Source: Paraspadella gotoi
Taxonomy: Eukaryota; Animalia; Chaetognatha
Assembly (NCBI GenBank): GCA_051294375.1
Contig: CM119267.1
Span: 16,546,835 to 16,610,683 of the forward strand
Length of the DNA stretch: 63,849 nt
Direction: 5' to 3'
The notes below the pieces were generated by a model. That model saw only the letters and a program-made list of their open reading frames with translations. It was not told the DNA's origin and ran no database searches. A program made the translations under genes and the position numbers. Shown piece by piece: positions 12,290 through 25,629 of the stretch (its first letter is position 1; every line of letters begins with the position of its first letter).

Positions 12290-14690
12290 CGGTGGCGTAC
12301 TTGTTACAAATGAAGCCCAAGAACAAAAAGATGGTTCCCTCGCGAAAGGAGAAGGAAAACTCAAAAAGCCGCCAACTCACGATTGTTCCTCTCGTCGAAT
12401 CCTAAACGAACGGGAATTAACGCCTCATCCTTTCGAAAAGATCGAACAAATAAAGAATAAAACAGAAGTAAACATCTGACAGAATAGAATAAAAAAGGAG
12501 AGAGACAGAGAGAGAGACAAAGAGAGAAAAACTTTTGAGTCTCTCACTCGATCTCGAACATAATTTACAGGGAATAAAAACTCGTTTATCTTCGTAATCT
12601 TTCGAACCTTAAAAAAAANNNNNNNNNNNNNNNNNNNNNNNNNNNNNNNNNNNNNNNNNNNNNNNNNNNNNNNNNNNNNNNNNNNNNNNNNNNNNNNNNN
12701 NNNNNNNNNNNNNNNNNNNNNNNNNNNNNNNNNNNNNNNNNNNNNNNNNNNNNNNNNNNNNNNNNNNNNNNNNNNNNNNNNNNNNNNNNNNNNNNNNNNN
12801 NNNNNNNNNNNNNNNNNNNNNNNNNNNNNNNNNNNNNNNNNNNNNNNNNNNNNNNNNNNNNNNNNNNNNNNNNNNNGAGAGAGAGAGAATATGGAAAAGG
12901 ATCAGCAGAGAGAAAATGCGCGAACATAAGGGAAGACAGAGCGGAGCCGATGGCTGAGTGGTTTGGCGAGAGAGAGAAAAGCAAAGAAAAATCAAAAGAA
13001 AAAGCATAAGAAAAAGGGAAAAAAAGGAAAAAAAGAGGAAGGAGGAAAGAAAAGAAAAGGTGAGACGGAGATGATTAGAGGAAAGAAGAATGAACCGCGC
13101 GGATGTTTTAAAAGGTGTAAGCGAATGGAAAGTTGTTAGGAGAAGAAATGGATTCATGAAGGTGCGAAGAGAGAAATGAATGATGGAATAGAATGAATCA
13201 AATAATAAAATGAATGAATGATTGATTGAATGAATGAATAAATGAATGGAAGAAAGAATGAATGAATGAATGAATAAATGAATGAATGAATCCGTACTGT
13301 GTATACAAATGTGCAGAGCCCAAGAACAAAAAGATTGCCGGTTCCCTCGCGGAAAAGGAGAACCAGGAGAAACTCAAGAAAGCCGCCGCCAACCTCGAAC
13401 TGCACTTCAGTTCCTCTCGTGTTCGCAATCCATAAAAAACGAAGGCGAATTAACGCGCCCTCATACCTTTCCGAAAAGCAATCGAAACAGAATAAAGAAT
13501 AAAATACAGAAAGTAACAACCAACTCTGACAAATCAGAATTAAAACACAGTAAGAGAGACACGAGAGAGCCACAGGAGCGAAAGAAGACGCGAAAAAAGC
13601 TTTTGACGGCTCTCCTGCCAGCTCGGATACGTTCGAACATAAGTTGATACAGGGAATAAGAAACTTGCGTTTCACTGCTTCGTAATCCTTTCGAACCTTA
13701 AAAAAAAAGTAGAGCACGAGAGAGAAGAGAAGAGACCGGCACGATGGAGAGAGAGAAGAAGATGAGCGAGACGATGAGACGAAGAGAGTAGAGCGAGAGA
13801 GAGGCAGAGTGAGAAGATTTACATGCTTAATATGTCTACTCAAGAAAGACGAACAGAATAAAAATACCTTCTTTAATTACCATTGAAAATGCGAGCGTTC
13901 TGAAAACGAAGTTAACGCAAACAATAGGTCCGCGTGTGATGACACAATAGGCGCGGCGGAAAGGCGATGTGGAGGGACAGCCAGAGATCGAGAGATCGCA
14001 TCGACCGACGAGACGAGACGGGAGAAGAGAGACGAGAGAGACGAGAGAGCAGCAGAGATCCGGAGAGACGAGACGGACGAGGGGGAGCGGAGACGGAAGG
14101 GAGACATATGCGAAAAGGCTATCAGCCAGAGAGGAAAATGCGCGAGACATAAGCAGGAAGGACAGCAGCGCAGCCGATCGGCTTAGTAGGTTTGTCAGAG
14201 AGAGAAGAGAAAGCAAAAAGAAGGACAAAATCAAAAAGAAACAAGCCATTAAGCGGAAAAAGGGAAGAAAAAAAAAGCGAAAAAACGAGGAAGGAGGAAA
14301 GAAAATAAAATCGGTGAGACGCGAGATGGCATTATGAGGAAACGAAGAATGAATCCGCCGCGGATGTTTTAAAACGGTGCTAATGCGAATTCGAAACGGC
14401 TTGTTACGGAGAAGAAATGGGATTCATTGCAAGCGTGAGCGCAAGAGAGAAATGGAATGATCGTAAATAGAATTGAATCAAATAATAAAAAATGATATGA
14501 TGATGAGTTGACTTGAATGACAATGACCATAATATGGAATGAAGGAAAGATGATGAATGAATTGGACCATGAATAAATGGAGCCATGATATGATGATGAC
14601 ATGAATGCAATGAATGACGATGATATGAATGAATGAGAAAAGACATGTGAAAAAATTGTAAAGAAATAAAAATCATGCATGAGATGCAAT
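12290..14690 (+). repeat. Noisy tandem duplication: A 12290-12618 / A' 13293-13710 and B 12876-13290 / B' 14095-14690
   Basis: Shared anchors agcccaagaacaaaaagat and tttcgaaccttaaaaaaaa (A), gaaaatgcgcga and aagaaatgg (B). The second copies are longer because of scattered single-base insertions. Confidence 0.9.
13170..13290. repeat. (GAAT)n microsatellite, imperfect
   Basis: Runs of gaatgaatgaat. Confidence 0.9.
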
Positions 14691-16622
14691 GAGACTATGA
14701 GAGAGAAAGCCGGAGAGAAGGAGAGACGCGAGAGCAGAGAGACGAGAGCAGCATGAGAGACGATGAGACCCGAGGAGACGCAGCAAGATGAGAGGAGACT
14801 GACGAGAGCGTGATGAGAGAGGCAGAACGAGAGAGCATGAGAGCAGGACGGAACCCGGCGGAGAAGAGATCGGAGAGAGCCAGAGAAGAGAAGATTTAAG
14901 AGTGTTTTCTGCGGCTGCCTGGGAGCCTTTTCACTTCTGCGCGCCCCATTCTTTCCTCCTTCTTGCTTGCACCCAAAGGAATTCTCTTAGTTTTCGACAT
15001 GACTTTTATCCCTCGTAAAAAAAATTGGTAGGAGCGGCAGCATTCATTTCTGCGAGAGGAATGGTGATGCGCCTGTGGAGAAGGGTAAGAGTTTCGTGGG
15101 AACAGGAGCGTTTACCCCCACGCAATATGGACGGCCTAGAATCAGAAAATCAAATGGCTAGCGCGCAGGTGGCACAGAAAGCCTTCAATTCCAGGCTGCT
15201 GCCCTGGAATTACGAGGGGAAATGCCGTGAGTATTCGACTACCCAAAACAAAAAAAAATCAAAAACTTTTTCGCTCTCGCGATGTTTTCGGTGCCGGTTT
15301 TAATCTTTACTTAGCTCTCTTTCTATTTCATTCCCTTTCCCTCCAGGTCCCTGCTCTACTCTCCTCTCCCCTTCCTTCTCCCTCTCTCCCTTCTCCCCCC
15401 TCCTTCGCTCTCAGCAATTTCCATTACGCCAAATTATTCGGAATTTTCCTCTCCATCTGGAACCCACGCAAAAAAAAACCCTGGAATCAAAATTTTTACG
15501 TACAAAAATTGGCGAGATAAAACAATGTTAAACAAAAAACCCCGTTAATTATGGCAGCGAATAAAAATTTTCAAACACTCCGCTTGAAAATTAACTAGAC
15601 AAAAAACCAACACAAGAAATGGTGAAAATGGCAGAAACTAAAAAACCGGCGAGAAGCCAAAAGCGAAAAAAAAGAACCCTCAGAAATACGGAGATTCGGG
15701 GAATCCGGAAGGAAAAATTATCGATCAAGAACGTTCACTTTTGCAAAACAGTGCGATCTGTAACAGCAGAGCGAAAGAAAGTGGGGCGAGCGCAAAAGCG
15801 AGCTCGTGCCGAGTTTGAAGGAGAGAAGGCGAGTTGGCGGATAATAGAGTGCGGAGTTTTTATTGTCGGTGGCGGAAAAAGGAGTTGCGCGGAATTTATG
15901 AGAATAATAGGGAACGAGAATGCACGTGAAGCGATGAAAACGACGGCGTGCAGAAAGGACTTATTCTCGCGGCGTAGAAAAATAGTAGTTAGAGAAGTAT
16001 AAGATGAGACGAATAGTTGCTAAATTAGAGGTGTAAGAGCATGAAGTGTTGTGGGGCCGTGGGAATATCCAGTAAGCGGCTGGGCCGGAGGCAGCTCGTC
16101 AGCGAGCAGCGGCTCTGCCAGCGGCTGGCTGCTGGGTTCATGAGAGTTTATGCCTTTAAATTAAAAATATGACCGTTAATTTGCACGAATGCGAGGTCGG
16201 AATGCGCGCAGCGTGGACAACAAAATGCCGATTAATTAATATAAAGAGAATAAAATGCATGTACGAACGTTTGAAGATGTTTGCAGAGAAACGTTTGGAT
16301 TTGCTGCATAGCAAAAATTATATCTGGATCTCAACCGGCAATAAAAACTAGTAACCGGATATCCCGGTGCCGGGCGAGAAGAACGATATTTTAACAACTA
16401 ATTTGATAATAATGACACGAACAATGGCCCCATGATTTTGCTCGGCATATTTCAAGAAAACGGCCGAATGAGAATTTTGAATGGCGGAAACCGCAGTAAA
16501 TATTAATCCACTGCGTTTTACGCTTTTTGCTAGTGTGTACTTGTTTTGTTTCTCATATTAAATTTTTTTTACAAATAAACGAAATCGATCCTTCAAACTT
16601 TTCAGTTGAATCAAAACCAGTC

Positions 16623-16647
16623 NNNNNNNNNNNNNNNNNNNNNNNNN
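16623..16647. other. 25-N assembly gap, one of five of identical size (also 27975-27999, 34888-34912, 54091-54115, 59432-59456)
   Basis: N runs counted by hand, each exactly 25. Other gaps are of variable length, e.g. 10657-10850, 12619-12875, 21176-21822, 46937-47094, 48147-48394. Confidence 0.97.
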
Positions 16648-17355
16648 TTTTTCCAAATATTTGTTGAAGTATTTCCGAATAAAATAAACTTGATGCTATG
16701 AAAAACAACTCGAATACAAATCAAGTCAAGACAATGAAGTTTTAAATAGACAAAGCAAGAATAAATCTTTCCGAAAAAAAAGTACATATACTTTCTCGAA
16801 GGAAATAAACGACGAAAGAACACATGGAATTAAAAAAAAAGAAATAAATAGAAATCAGAAATTTTAAAAAACGAACAATTTTTTTTAAAAGTGCTGGTTA
16901 TGTCGTAACATGTGCCGTTTTTTTAAATTTTAGTAAATTTTATTTAGGAAAAAAATATTTTTTTCCTAGAGCTTTTAATTTTTTTCTCACTATGAAGTTG
17001 AGAGAGAGAGAGAGAGAGAGATCATGCGGCATTCCAGATGTAAGTTTCCGCGCGGGTGGCCTACGCCAAATAAACACGTAAAAGAATCAAGAAAAACCTC
17101 TAGAAGGATTAAGTCAAAAGTCTAAATTTAATGAAGACAAAGAAAAAAAAGAAAATAAAAAGTCGGAAAAACAAATACAAGCAGAAGGAAAGAGAGAGAA
17201 AAAGAGAAGAAAAGATGAAAAGGAAGCGTAAGAAAACAAACGGAGAAACGAGAAGAAAACAATAAAAAAACAAAAAAACCGCAGAATGTTGATACAAGAG
17301 AAAAAAAAAGTAGAACTCGCCAAAGTCCGAAGCCGCCAATGGAAAACTTTTTTTT

Positions 17356-17387
<32 letters not shown>

Positions 17388-17937
17388 TTTTTTTTTGTAC
17401 CAGGAAAATTCGATTTTTGTGCGCGAATTTTCGAGGTGAACCCAAAGTGAAAAAGGGGAGTGGACCGACGGGACAAATAAAGTGGTAAAATTGTGACGAG
17501 ATGTCGACGACGACGACGACGACGGCGACGATGATGATGAAGAGATAAAACNNNNNNNNNNNNNNNNNNNNNNNNNNNNNNNNNNNNNNNNNNNNNNNNN
17601 NNNNNNNNNNNNNNNNNNNNNNNNNNNNNNNNNNNNNNNNNNNNNNNNNNNNNNNNNNNNNNNNNNNNNNNNNNNNNNNNNNNNNNNNNNNNNNNNNNNN
17701 NNNNNNNNNNNNNNNNNNNNNNNNNNNNNNNNNNNNNNNNNNNNNNNNNNNNNNNNNNNNNNNNNNNNNNNNNNNNNNNNNNNNNNNNNNNNNNNNNNNN
17801 NNNNNNNNNNNNNNNNNNNNNNNNNNNNNNNNNNNNNNNNNNNNNNNNNNNNNNNNNNNNNNNNNNNNNNNNNNNNNNNNNNNNNNNNNNNNNNNNNNNN
17901 NNNNNNNNNNNNNNNNNNNNNNNNNNNNNNNNNNNNN

Positions 17938-17970
<33 letters not shown>

Positions 17971-18125
17971 ACGAAAAAAAAAATATTTCGCGGGGAATTT
18001 CAAGTTTTTCTGTCGTCACGCGATTCGAAGATAAAAATGAGGAAAAACGCGAAAAAATCACAAGTGAGAGAAAAAAATATAGGGGGAACATAAAGGAGGG
18101 CTTAGTGTATAGATGATGGGGAGAG

Positions 18126-18158
<33 letters not shown>

Positions 18159-18823
18159 AAAAATAGACAAAGAAAGAGAGAGCTAGAAAGAAAAAAAATC
18201 GAGAAATACTTTTTCCCCCTCACTAATGCTAATTTAAAAGCTTTCAGAAAATGCCAGAGACTTAATGATAAAACGCAATTAAAAGCGACATCTGGCCAAG
18301 CGACATTTAACCGCCTCAAGTTTTTTTTTTTTCTAGGCGCCTCTTTCCAACTCGAACGCCCCCCTACGTCCTTACTACACCCGACAATAAAAAAAGAATC
18401 GTCGGCATCTGAAGAAACCGACAATTAACGATTTCTTTGTCTACTTTTTTTTTTCTCTTCTGTTAGTCAGTTTTTAAATTACGACGTGTGCGGACTAATA
18501 ATTGGCCGACCCTGAGTTTCCGCCGACATGACTAATAATCCTCTAAAACTATTACTTCCAAATTTGCCCTTTTTTTGAGAGCAAATAACCGAGTTAGTTA
18601 ATTCTTTTTTTNNNNNNNNNNNNNNNNNNNNNNNNNNNNNNNNNNNNNNNNNNNNNNNNNNNNNNNNNNNNNNNNNNNNNNNNNNNNNNNNNNNNNNNNN
18701 NNNNNNNNNNNNNNNNNNNNNNNNNNNNNNNNNNNNNNNNNNNNNNNNNNNNNNNNNNNNNNNNNNNNNNNNNNNNNNNNNNNNNNNNNNNNNNNNNNNN
18801 NNNNNNNNNNNNNNNNNNNNNNN

Positions 18824-18860
<37 letters not shown>

Positions 18861-19667
18861 TTACCAAAAGAAAATAAGAAAAAAGACAAAAAAGAAAGCC
18901 GGATAAAAAAAAAGGATAAGACGGAAAGAAAGAAAATTCTCGATGAGAAAAAAAAAAGAAAGAAAGGAAGGAAATCTTCTCATTCCTCGAAAAAATAATG
19001 GATTTCGAAATGAAAATCTTGTGAGAAAATACGAAATTCTTTTTNNNNNNNNNNNNNNNNNNNNNNNNNNNNNNNNNNNNNNNNNNNNNNNNNNNNNNNN
19101 NNNNNNNNNNNNNNNNNNNNNNNNNNNNNNNNNNNNNNNNNNNNNNNNNNNNNNNNNNNNNNNNNNNNNNNNNNNNNNNNNNNNNNNNNNNNNNNNNNNN
19201 NNNNNNNNNNNNNNNNNNNNNNNNNNNNNNNNNNNNNNNCCCCTCCTCCCCCAACACGGGATTCCACCCTTTTTTTTAGACGCCACCTTTCTATTCCATT
19301 AGCGTGCCGCTCTTGTAACGGCATCGAAGCCTAAGGCGTCGCGGAATGCTCTTACTTTTTATACCCTACCACGCTTTTTTTTTCTCTCTCTCTCTTTTTT
19401 TCAACGTCAAGTTTGACGAAAATATCGGTTTCGCTATTTCGATGCCGCGTTCCTTTTTTTTTTCCGAGACGATGGCACGATTTTTAGATGCCACCTCCAC
19501 CCTGGAAGAGCCTCGTCCTTCTTTCTTATGCCACCTTCCCTCTCGGTGCCCGCTTCCATCACCCTTTGCCTCCCCTCGCCCTTTCTCGGTTTCCTGCTGA
19601 GATGAGATGCTGGAAATTGAGGAGAAAAGAGAAGAAATTTGTCGATTCAAGTTGTTGAGCCAACAAC

Positions 19668-19704
<37 letters not shown>

Positions 19705-20930
19705 ATTTTTTTTAAATCCAGAGGTGGGGATTCGAAGCACACTCACACGCAGGTAGACAAACATCCAACCGAATAAACTGGGCTTCTTTTTTTCTCTTCA
19801 ATTCAATCTTTTCCTTTTAAGGAATTAAAAGTGGAAAAGAAAAAAAAAAGGGAGAGAGAGAAAGAGTCCAAACATTTTAGCGAAACTCGGGGTGGTCGGG
19901 GCCATGTCTTGGGGGGTGGCGTAGGGTGGCTCGAGACTAAAGGTTAAAGGTGGTGAACGAAAGGCGGAGTACAATGCAAAGTGGAGGATGGGCGATGAAG
20001 AGAAGATGGGGAGAGATCGATTCCTTAGTTGGTGAGGAAAGTTGAAAAGGTGGGAATTGGTGGAAAAGGTGGTGAATGACGAGGGTGGAGGTGGTGGGAA
20101 AGTGGCGGTGAAAGGGAGGAACCTCGAGACGAAATCGGACCTCAAAAGAAACCTTTCATGTGGGACCTCCAAGATTCAGGTCGAAAAGAGACGCTTTTCA
20201 TCGACGTCGAAAACGACGACGACGACGACGACCACGACGACGACGTTTTAAAAATCTCAGCTCAGAAATTTGAAAAAAAAGGCAAGCAAATATCTGACAA
20301 TTTCGGTTGTGAATTACGTTTTTATACTCAAATGTCAACCGCTTAAATCTCGCGATTGACAAATACTAGGGTCGATTACTCGCGTCGCGACTGAGAGTAA
20401 AGAGTCCCAATCGTGACCCGAAGTTCTTCTGTGTGGCGAAAGAAGGAGCAACCGATTTTTGGTGACGGACGTAAATAACGTGACGATGACAAAGAAGAGA
20501 CGGTTTATCGTCGTCGTCGTCGTCGTCGTCGTCNNNNNNNNNNNNNNNNNNNNNNNNNNNNNNNNNNNNNNNNNNNNNNNNNNNNNNNNNNNNNNNNNNN
20601 NNNNNNNNNNNNNNNNNNNNNNNNNNNNNNNNNNNNNNNNNNNNNNNNNNNNNNNNNNNNNNNNNNNNNNNNNNNNNNNNNNNNNNNNNNNNNNNNNNNN
20701 NNNNNNNNNNNNNNNNNNNNNNNNNNNNNNNNNNNNNNNNNNNNNNNNNNNNNNNNNNNNNNNNNNNNNNNNNNNNNNNGAGAGAGAGGCCTAAACTCAA
20801 TTAGCGTAGGTGCTAATGTCCCGCGCCGATATAATCAATTAATTTTACGCAGTTTTCAACGCCTTCCTTACGAGGCCTTTACATCCTTCTCAGTTTATAT
20901 TCGTGGAGAGAGAAAAAAGAACGATGAAAA

Positions 20931-20949
20931 AAAGAAAGAAAGAAAGAAA

Positions 20950-21041
<92 letters not shown>

Positions 21042-21042
21042 A
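20931..21042. repeat. (AAAG)n microsatellite
   Basis: About 27 tetranucleotide units. Confidence 0.97.
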
Positions 21043-22336
21043 AACAATTGTCAGCTAGAAAAGGGAAATATTTTCTTGTATTTTGGTGAAAGAAAAAAGT
21101 GGGAAAAAGAATAGGAACCAAAAATATTTTTGTAGTCTGAAAAATGTAGAGGAAAAAGGAGTATGTTTGGGAGAANNNNNNNNNNNNNNNNNNNNNNNNN
21201 NNNNNNNNNNNNNNNNNNNNNNNNNNNNNNNNNNNNNNNNNNNNNNNNNNNNNNNNNNNNNNNNNNNNNNNNNNNNNNNNNNNNNNNNNNNNNNNNNNNN
21301 NNNNNNNNNNNNNNNNNNNNNNNNNNNNNNNNNNNNNNNNNNNNNNNNNNNNNNNNNNNNNNNNNNNNNNNNNNNNNNNNNNNNNNNNNNNNNNNNNNNN
21401 NNNNNNNNNNNNNNNNNNNNNNNNNNNNNNNNNNNNNNNNNNNNNNNNNNNNNNNNNNNNNNNNNNNNNNNNNNNNNNNNNNNNNNNNNNNNNNNNNNNN
21501 NNNNNNNNNNNNNNNNNNNNNNNNNNNNNNNNNNNNNNNNNNNNNNNNNNNNNNNNNNNNNNNNNNNNNNNNNNNNNNNNNNNNNNNNNNNNNNNNNNNN
21601 NNNNNNNNNNNNNNNNNNNNNNNNNNNNNNNNNNNNNNNNNNNNNNNNNNNNNNNNNNNNNNNNNNNNNNNNNNNNNNNNNNNNNNNNNNNNNNNNNNNN
21701 NNNNNNNNNNNNNNNNNNNNNNNNNNNNNNNNNNNNNNNNNNNNNNNNNNNNNNNNNNNNNNNNNNNNNNNNNNNNNNNNNNNNNNNNNNNNNNNNNNNN
21801 NNNNNNNNNNNNNNNNNNNNNNTTTTATTTAACCTTTTTTTTTTAATTCGACGATTTATTCTGTTTATATCTCGATTTTTTTTTCTGTCGTCAAGTAAAT
21901 CCTTGAAAAGGTTTTGCATTATTTTGTTTTATTTATTTCGCTTTTTTTTTTATCGGGATTCCCATTTTTTTTATATTTTCTTTTTCCATTCTCTTCTCTT
22001 TTGTTTCTCGGTTTTGATGTATAATTTACGTCGCCGCCGGCCGCGGCTCTGTTGTCGCGCGCAAACAGAAGAACGCGACGCCGTTACGTGTATTCGTCAT
22101 CGTTGAAAGTAGGCAAAAAACCTAATTCGCTGTCGGTGGCGCCGACGTCCGACTCGAAATAAACACATCGACCGTTCCTTTGTTTGTTCCGCTTCTTAAT
22201 TCAGCCTCGTTTTCGTTTGTTTTCGCGTCTAAATCCTGCGCGAAAATTTATGCTTACGTCGTTCTTATTTTCATAGATTTAACAAGATTGGAGACGGCTC
22301 GAGATACAGATGTCTTAACATCAGTTTCTGTAATTT

Positions 22337-22408
22337 TTGTCCTCTTGTCCTCTTGTCCTCTTGTCCTCTTGTCCTCTTGTCCTCTTGTCCTCTTGTCCTT
22401 TTGTCCTT
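22337..22408. repeat. (TTGTCCTC)n octamer tandem repeat
   Basis: About 9 units; the last two are variants. Confidence 0.95.
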
Positions 22409-22698
22409 TCGTCTTGGTGAGAGGACGAGGTCAAACATCGTCTCCGATCTGATTCCGAGGTCAAACGAGCGAAAGAGTCCGTCAGGAAAATCCCACTCCA
22501 GGTGAGTTAAGTTATCTCAACTCAAACTTGTCAAAAAAAAGGTGAGGATCGAGCGGCCGTCGATTGCCATACATCGCCGACGGCAATGCCATCAATCGCC
22601 ATCGATAGTCGACATCTTCATCAGAGTCAGAACAAGAAGTCGTTTCCGTTCCAGACTCAATCAATTCTCAGATGACAGGAATCCAACATTTTTTTCAG

Positions 22699-22832
22699 GG
22701 TCAGCGACACGACGACGACGAGGACGACGACGACGACGAGGACGACGACGACGACGACGACGACGACGAGGACGACGACGACGACGAGCACAACGCTGGA
22801 ATCAAGTTTGGATCCGATTCGACGCCCCGAGG
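22699..22832 (+). CDS. Candidate exon encoding an acidic D/E tract (unidentified gene)
   Basis: Acceptor tttttttcag ends at 22698 and donor gtaagt starts at 22833. Reads GQRHDDDEDDDDDEDD...EHNAGIKFGSDSTPR, and the GAC repeat interruptions are GAG (D to E). An upstream donor cag|gtgagt lies at 22501/22502. Confidence 0.3.
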
Positions 22833-23516
22833 GTAAGTCGGTTTCTCCATCTTTATGAGGCGAAGGCGTCGGAGCGTACGAGGTAAGGTAATCCAGAGGC
22901 GCGGAAAGTTAATCGTGGCTTCGGAAAGAAAAATAAAAGACGAAAATTAACCGTAGTTCAGGCCGTGGTGAAGATTCGACGCAAAATGGCACAGGACAAA
23001 CTTGGTCGCTCTGACGATAAGACAGAATTTCATTTTCGTGGTTTTTTGGTTTTTTTTTGTTGTTGTTGTTGTCAAATGGTTTTTCTTTATTCAATTTTTT
23101 CACAAAAATTTCACTGTTTTTTTGTTGTCACGTGGGTCATTATTTCGACGAATTTCTCCATTCACGATAGTTCATTCATTGATTAAAACCGTGAATCATC
23201 ACAAAATTCACTGTTCGTCTCGTTATGATTATCCGCCGTCGGCCTTTTATCAAAGGGAAAAAAATTCAACGCAGGAGTTTCTTGGTTCGATCAATTCCGG
23301 ATTTTCGTCGCTAAATCCGTCTTGAGACTAAAAACTTCGTTAAATCCGAATTTCGGCTTTATAATAAATCCCGACTCCAATCCCCATTCCGCGACTTCGC
23401 TAAACCCGAACTCCGAAATCCGCCCAAGAAAAACAACGCGAAAAGTTAATCCGATGGACAAATTCCACGCATAAATTATGATTCGGAATTGATCGAGATT
23501 TAATCCACTTTTTTTT

Positions 23517-23712
23517 GGTGCCGGCGACGTCGTCATCGCGTCGAGGGGCGGGCGACGTCGTCATCATTCGTCGAGGCTGCGCGGAATCGTCATCGAGGTG
23601 CCGGGCAACGTCGTCGTGTGTGCGGTGGCGATTTCGTCGGCTGTGCCGGGCGACCGTCGGGGCCATCAAGGTGCGGGCGGCGAGTCCAGTTGCCGGGCGT
23701 CGTGGTCGGCGG
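23517..23712. repeat. GC-rich degenerate minisatellite (about 27-30 bp, gtgccggcgacgtcgtcatcgtcgag-like)
   Basis: Recurring ggcgacgtcgtcatc and tgccggg motifs that decay to the right. Confidence 0.6.
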
Positions 23713-25629
23713 TAGCCGCCATTTTGCGCGCTGCGCTCAGATCACGGGTCTGACAGCGACAGGGCTGCTGAAGACTACGGTTGCTCGTCTCTTGGCGTTA
23801 TATCGTGCTGCAGCCGACGGCTAACTCGCTTCGCCTCTCTGGCCGTCTACAAGCTCACGCGCGCTCACGTCCGGTCGTGCCACTAAATGCAGACTTCGTA
23901 TGCAGATGTCGTTGTTTCCGGCAGATGCGCATCAAAGAAGGCAAAACCGGCGTCGTGGGGCCAGCGTCTAATAAAAGAACGGATGACGAATATTAACGCA
24001 AAAGCGCCGTGGACCTCCAACTGAATCGCAATGAAGGAGAATTAGGCGCTAAGCAGACCCGCGGTAAGAGAGAGGGTTAAAACGCGAAAGTCATCTTTGC
24101 TCTTTTATTATATTGACAAATCTTTAACTTTTAGGAAAGTCTAGAAGTGAATATCCTTTAAAGGCTACTTCGCATACTCTAAAAACCTAAATAATTAAAA
24201 TTGGAACTCTAAATTGGTTTTTATCAGATCATACCGACATTTTTCAAAAGGCCAGAATATAAAATACTATACAAGCAAGCCGAAATTTTCTTACGCGGGC
24301 TTCTCAACGTAAAAAAATAAAAGTAATTATTGTGCATTAATAATGGCAATTGAGCTCAGAATAGCTTTTGAAATAGTTAATTATAATTCATCTGAGCTGC
24401 AGCCACCCTGGACCGGTTATAGGGGTCGTAGCTTACGTAGCTGTTGGTTGCGGCTTAATTTGATTAGCGTTTACGATTGCTCCGAGTTCTTCGGATATCA
24501 AATTGATGCGACGATGCGCATTGATTGATGCGATGAATTCTTATTTTCTGGTTTCTTTGGATTTCCAAAAAGAACAATTAAAGAAAAAGCCGGCGAGGTT
24601 CAAATCTTCCGTCTTTGCCCGCGAAAACTTCTAAAACCGACGCAGAGACGCGATGAGCGTTAAATTCGCGTCCACGGAACCGAATTCAAGATTGAAGAAT
24701 TGAATGGAACTTGTCGTCAAAGGCCAGGTAACCAGCTAAAAGCGTATCAACGAGGGCGGGGAATTTTCAACTGCCATAGTTTCATAGCTTCCCGAAAATG
24801 GACTGGCTTATTCGGTGGGTTTCGGTGAGGAAAAAAGAGTCGCGGCGTTGATGAGTTCACGTTACATGGCCCGCGATGTAATAAAAGACGGCGACTTGCT
24901 TCTCCCACACGCTAATTCATCCGAAGGGGCTCTCGTTCCTTCGTGCCGTCATCTCCCATCGACCAATTTTTAAAGGAGGCCAGCTGGAGGCCAGCGTTCG
25001 CGAGCGTCGTGTCTCACAATGGAACTAAGGTTTCTTTCTTCAATTATGATCATATTGGGGTTCTAAGAAGGGTAACAGCAAAATAGGACGGACTTGTTCC
25101 AAGATGCGTCAAATGGTTTGTCGATGAAATCCGGCAGTGTGAACTGGTAGACGTCAGGACAAATGTCGGGATCCGTTTGGCAAAGATCTTCCTAAGCATC
25201 TTCGAGTGAGGGCATATAGGATAATTTTTCATCACAAAAGTAAGCTGTCCATCGGTCCGATCCTTGCTAAAGTTGGACCCGGAGAGACCGAGGATTTTGA
25301 TTCTGCTTGGTTTATCGCAACAGATTCTCAAAACAGTCGCCCAAGCCTTTTCTGAGACGGTCGTAAACGAGCTATATTATCGGCAACAGCCGCGTGTTGC
25401 TGTTGGATGCCCATTGGAATGGGGCATTCCATGTGCTTGGGGGCTTCCGACCGGCTCAGTGACGCCTCCAGTCACTGGCGCGGTTACCCTTAGGGTAACG
25501 CGTCCTCGCTTTTGCCAACCGTAGAGGGAAGTCGGTTAGGACTGTGGTGGAACACTACGCCTGGAGTGGTGATGTTTCCCCTCTTGATCCATGGATTTGG
25601 CTTAAGGCATGGTGACATGAGGCCGATAA

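Noticed and set aside
24805-24910. LFGG ... VIKDGDLLLP resembling PIF1/Helitron helicase FGG...GDF.QLPP
   Set aside because: The spacing is about 25 codons rather than about 6, and no Walker A or other helicase motifs were found.
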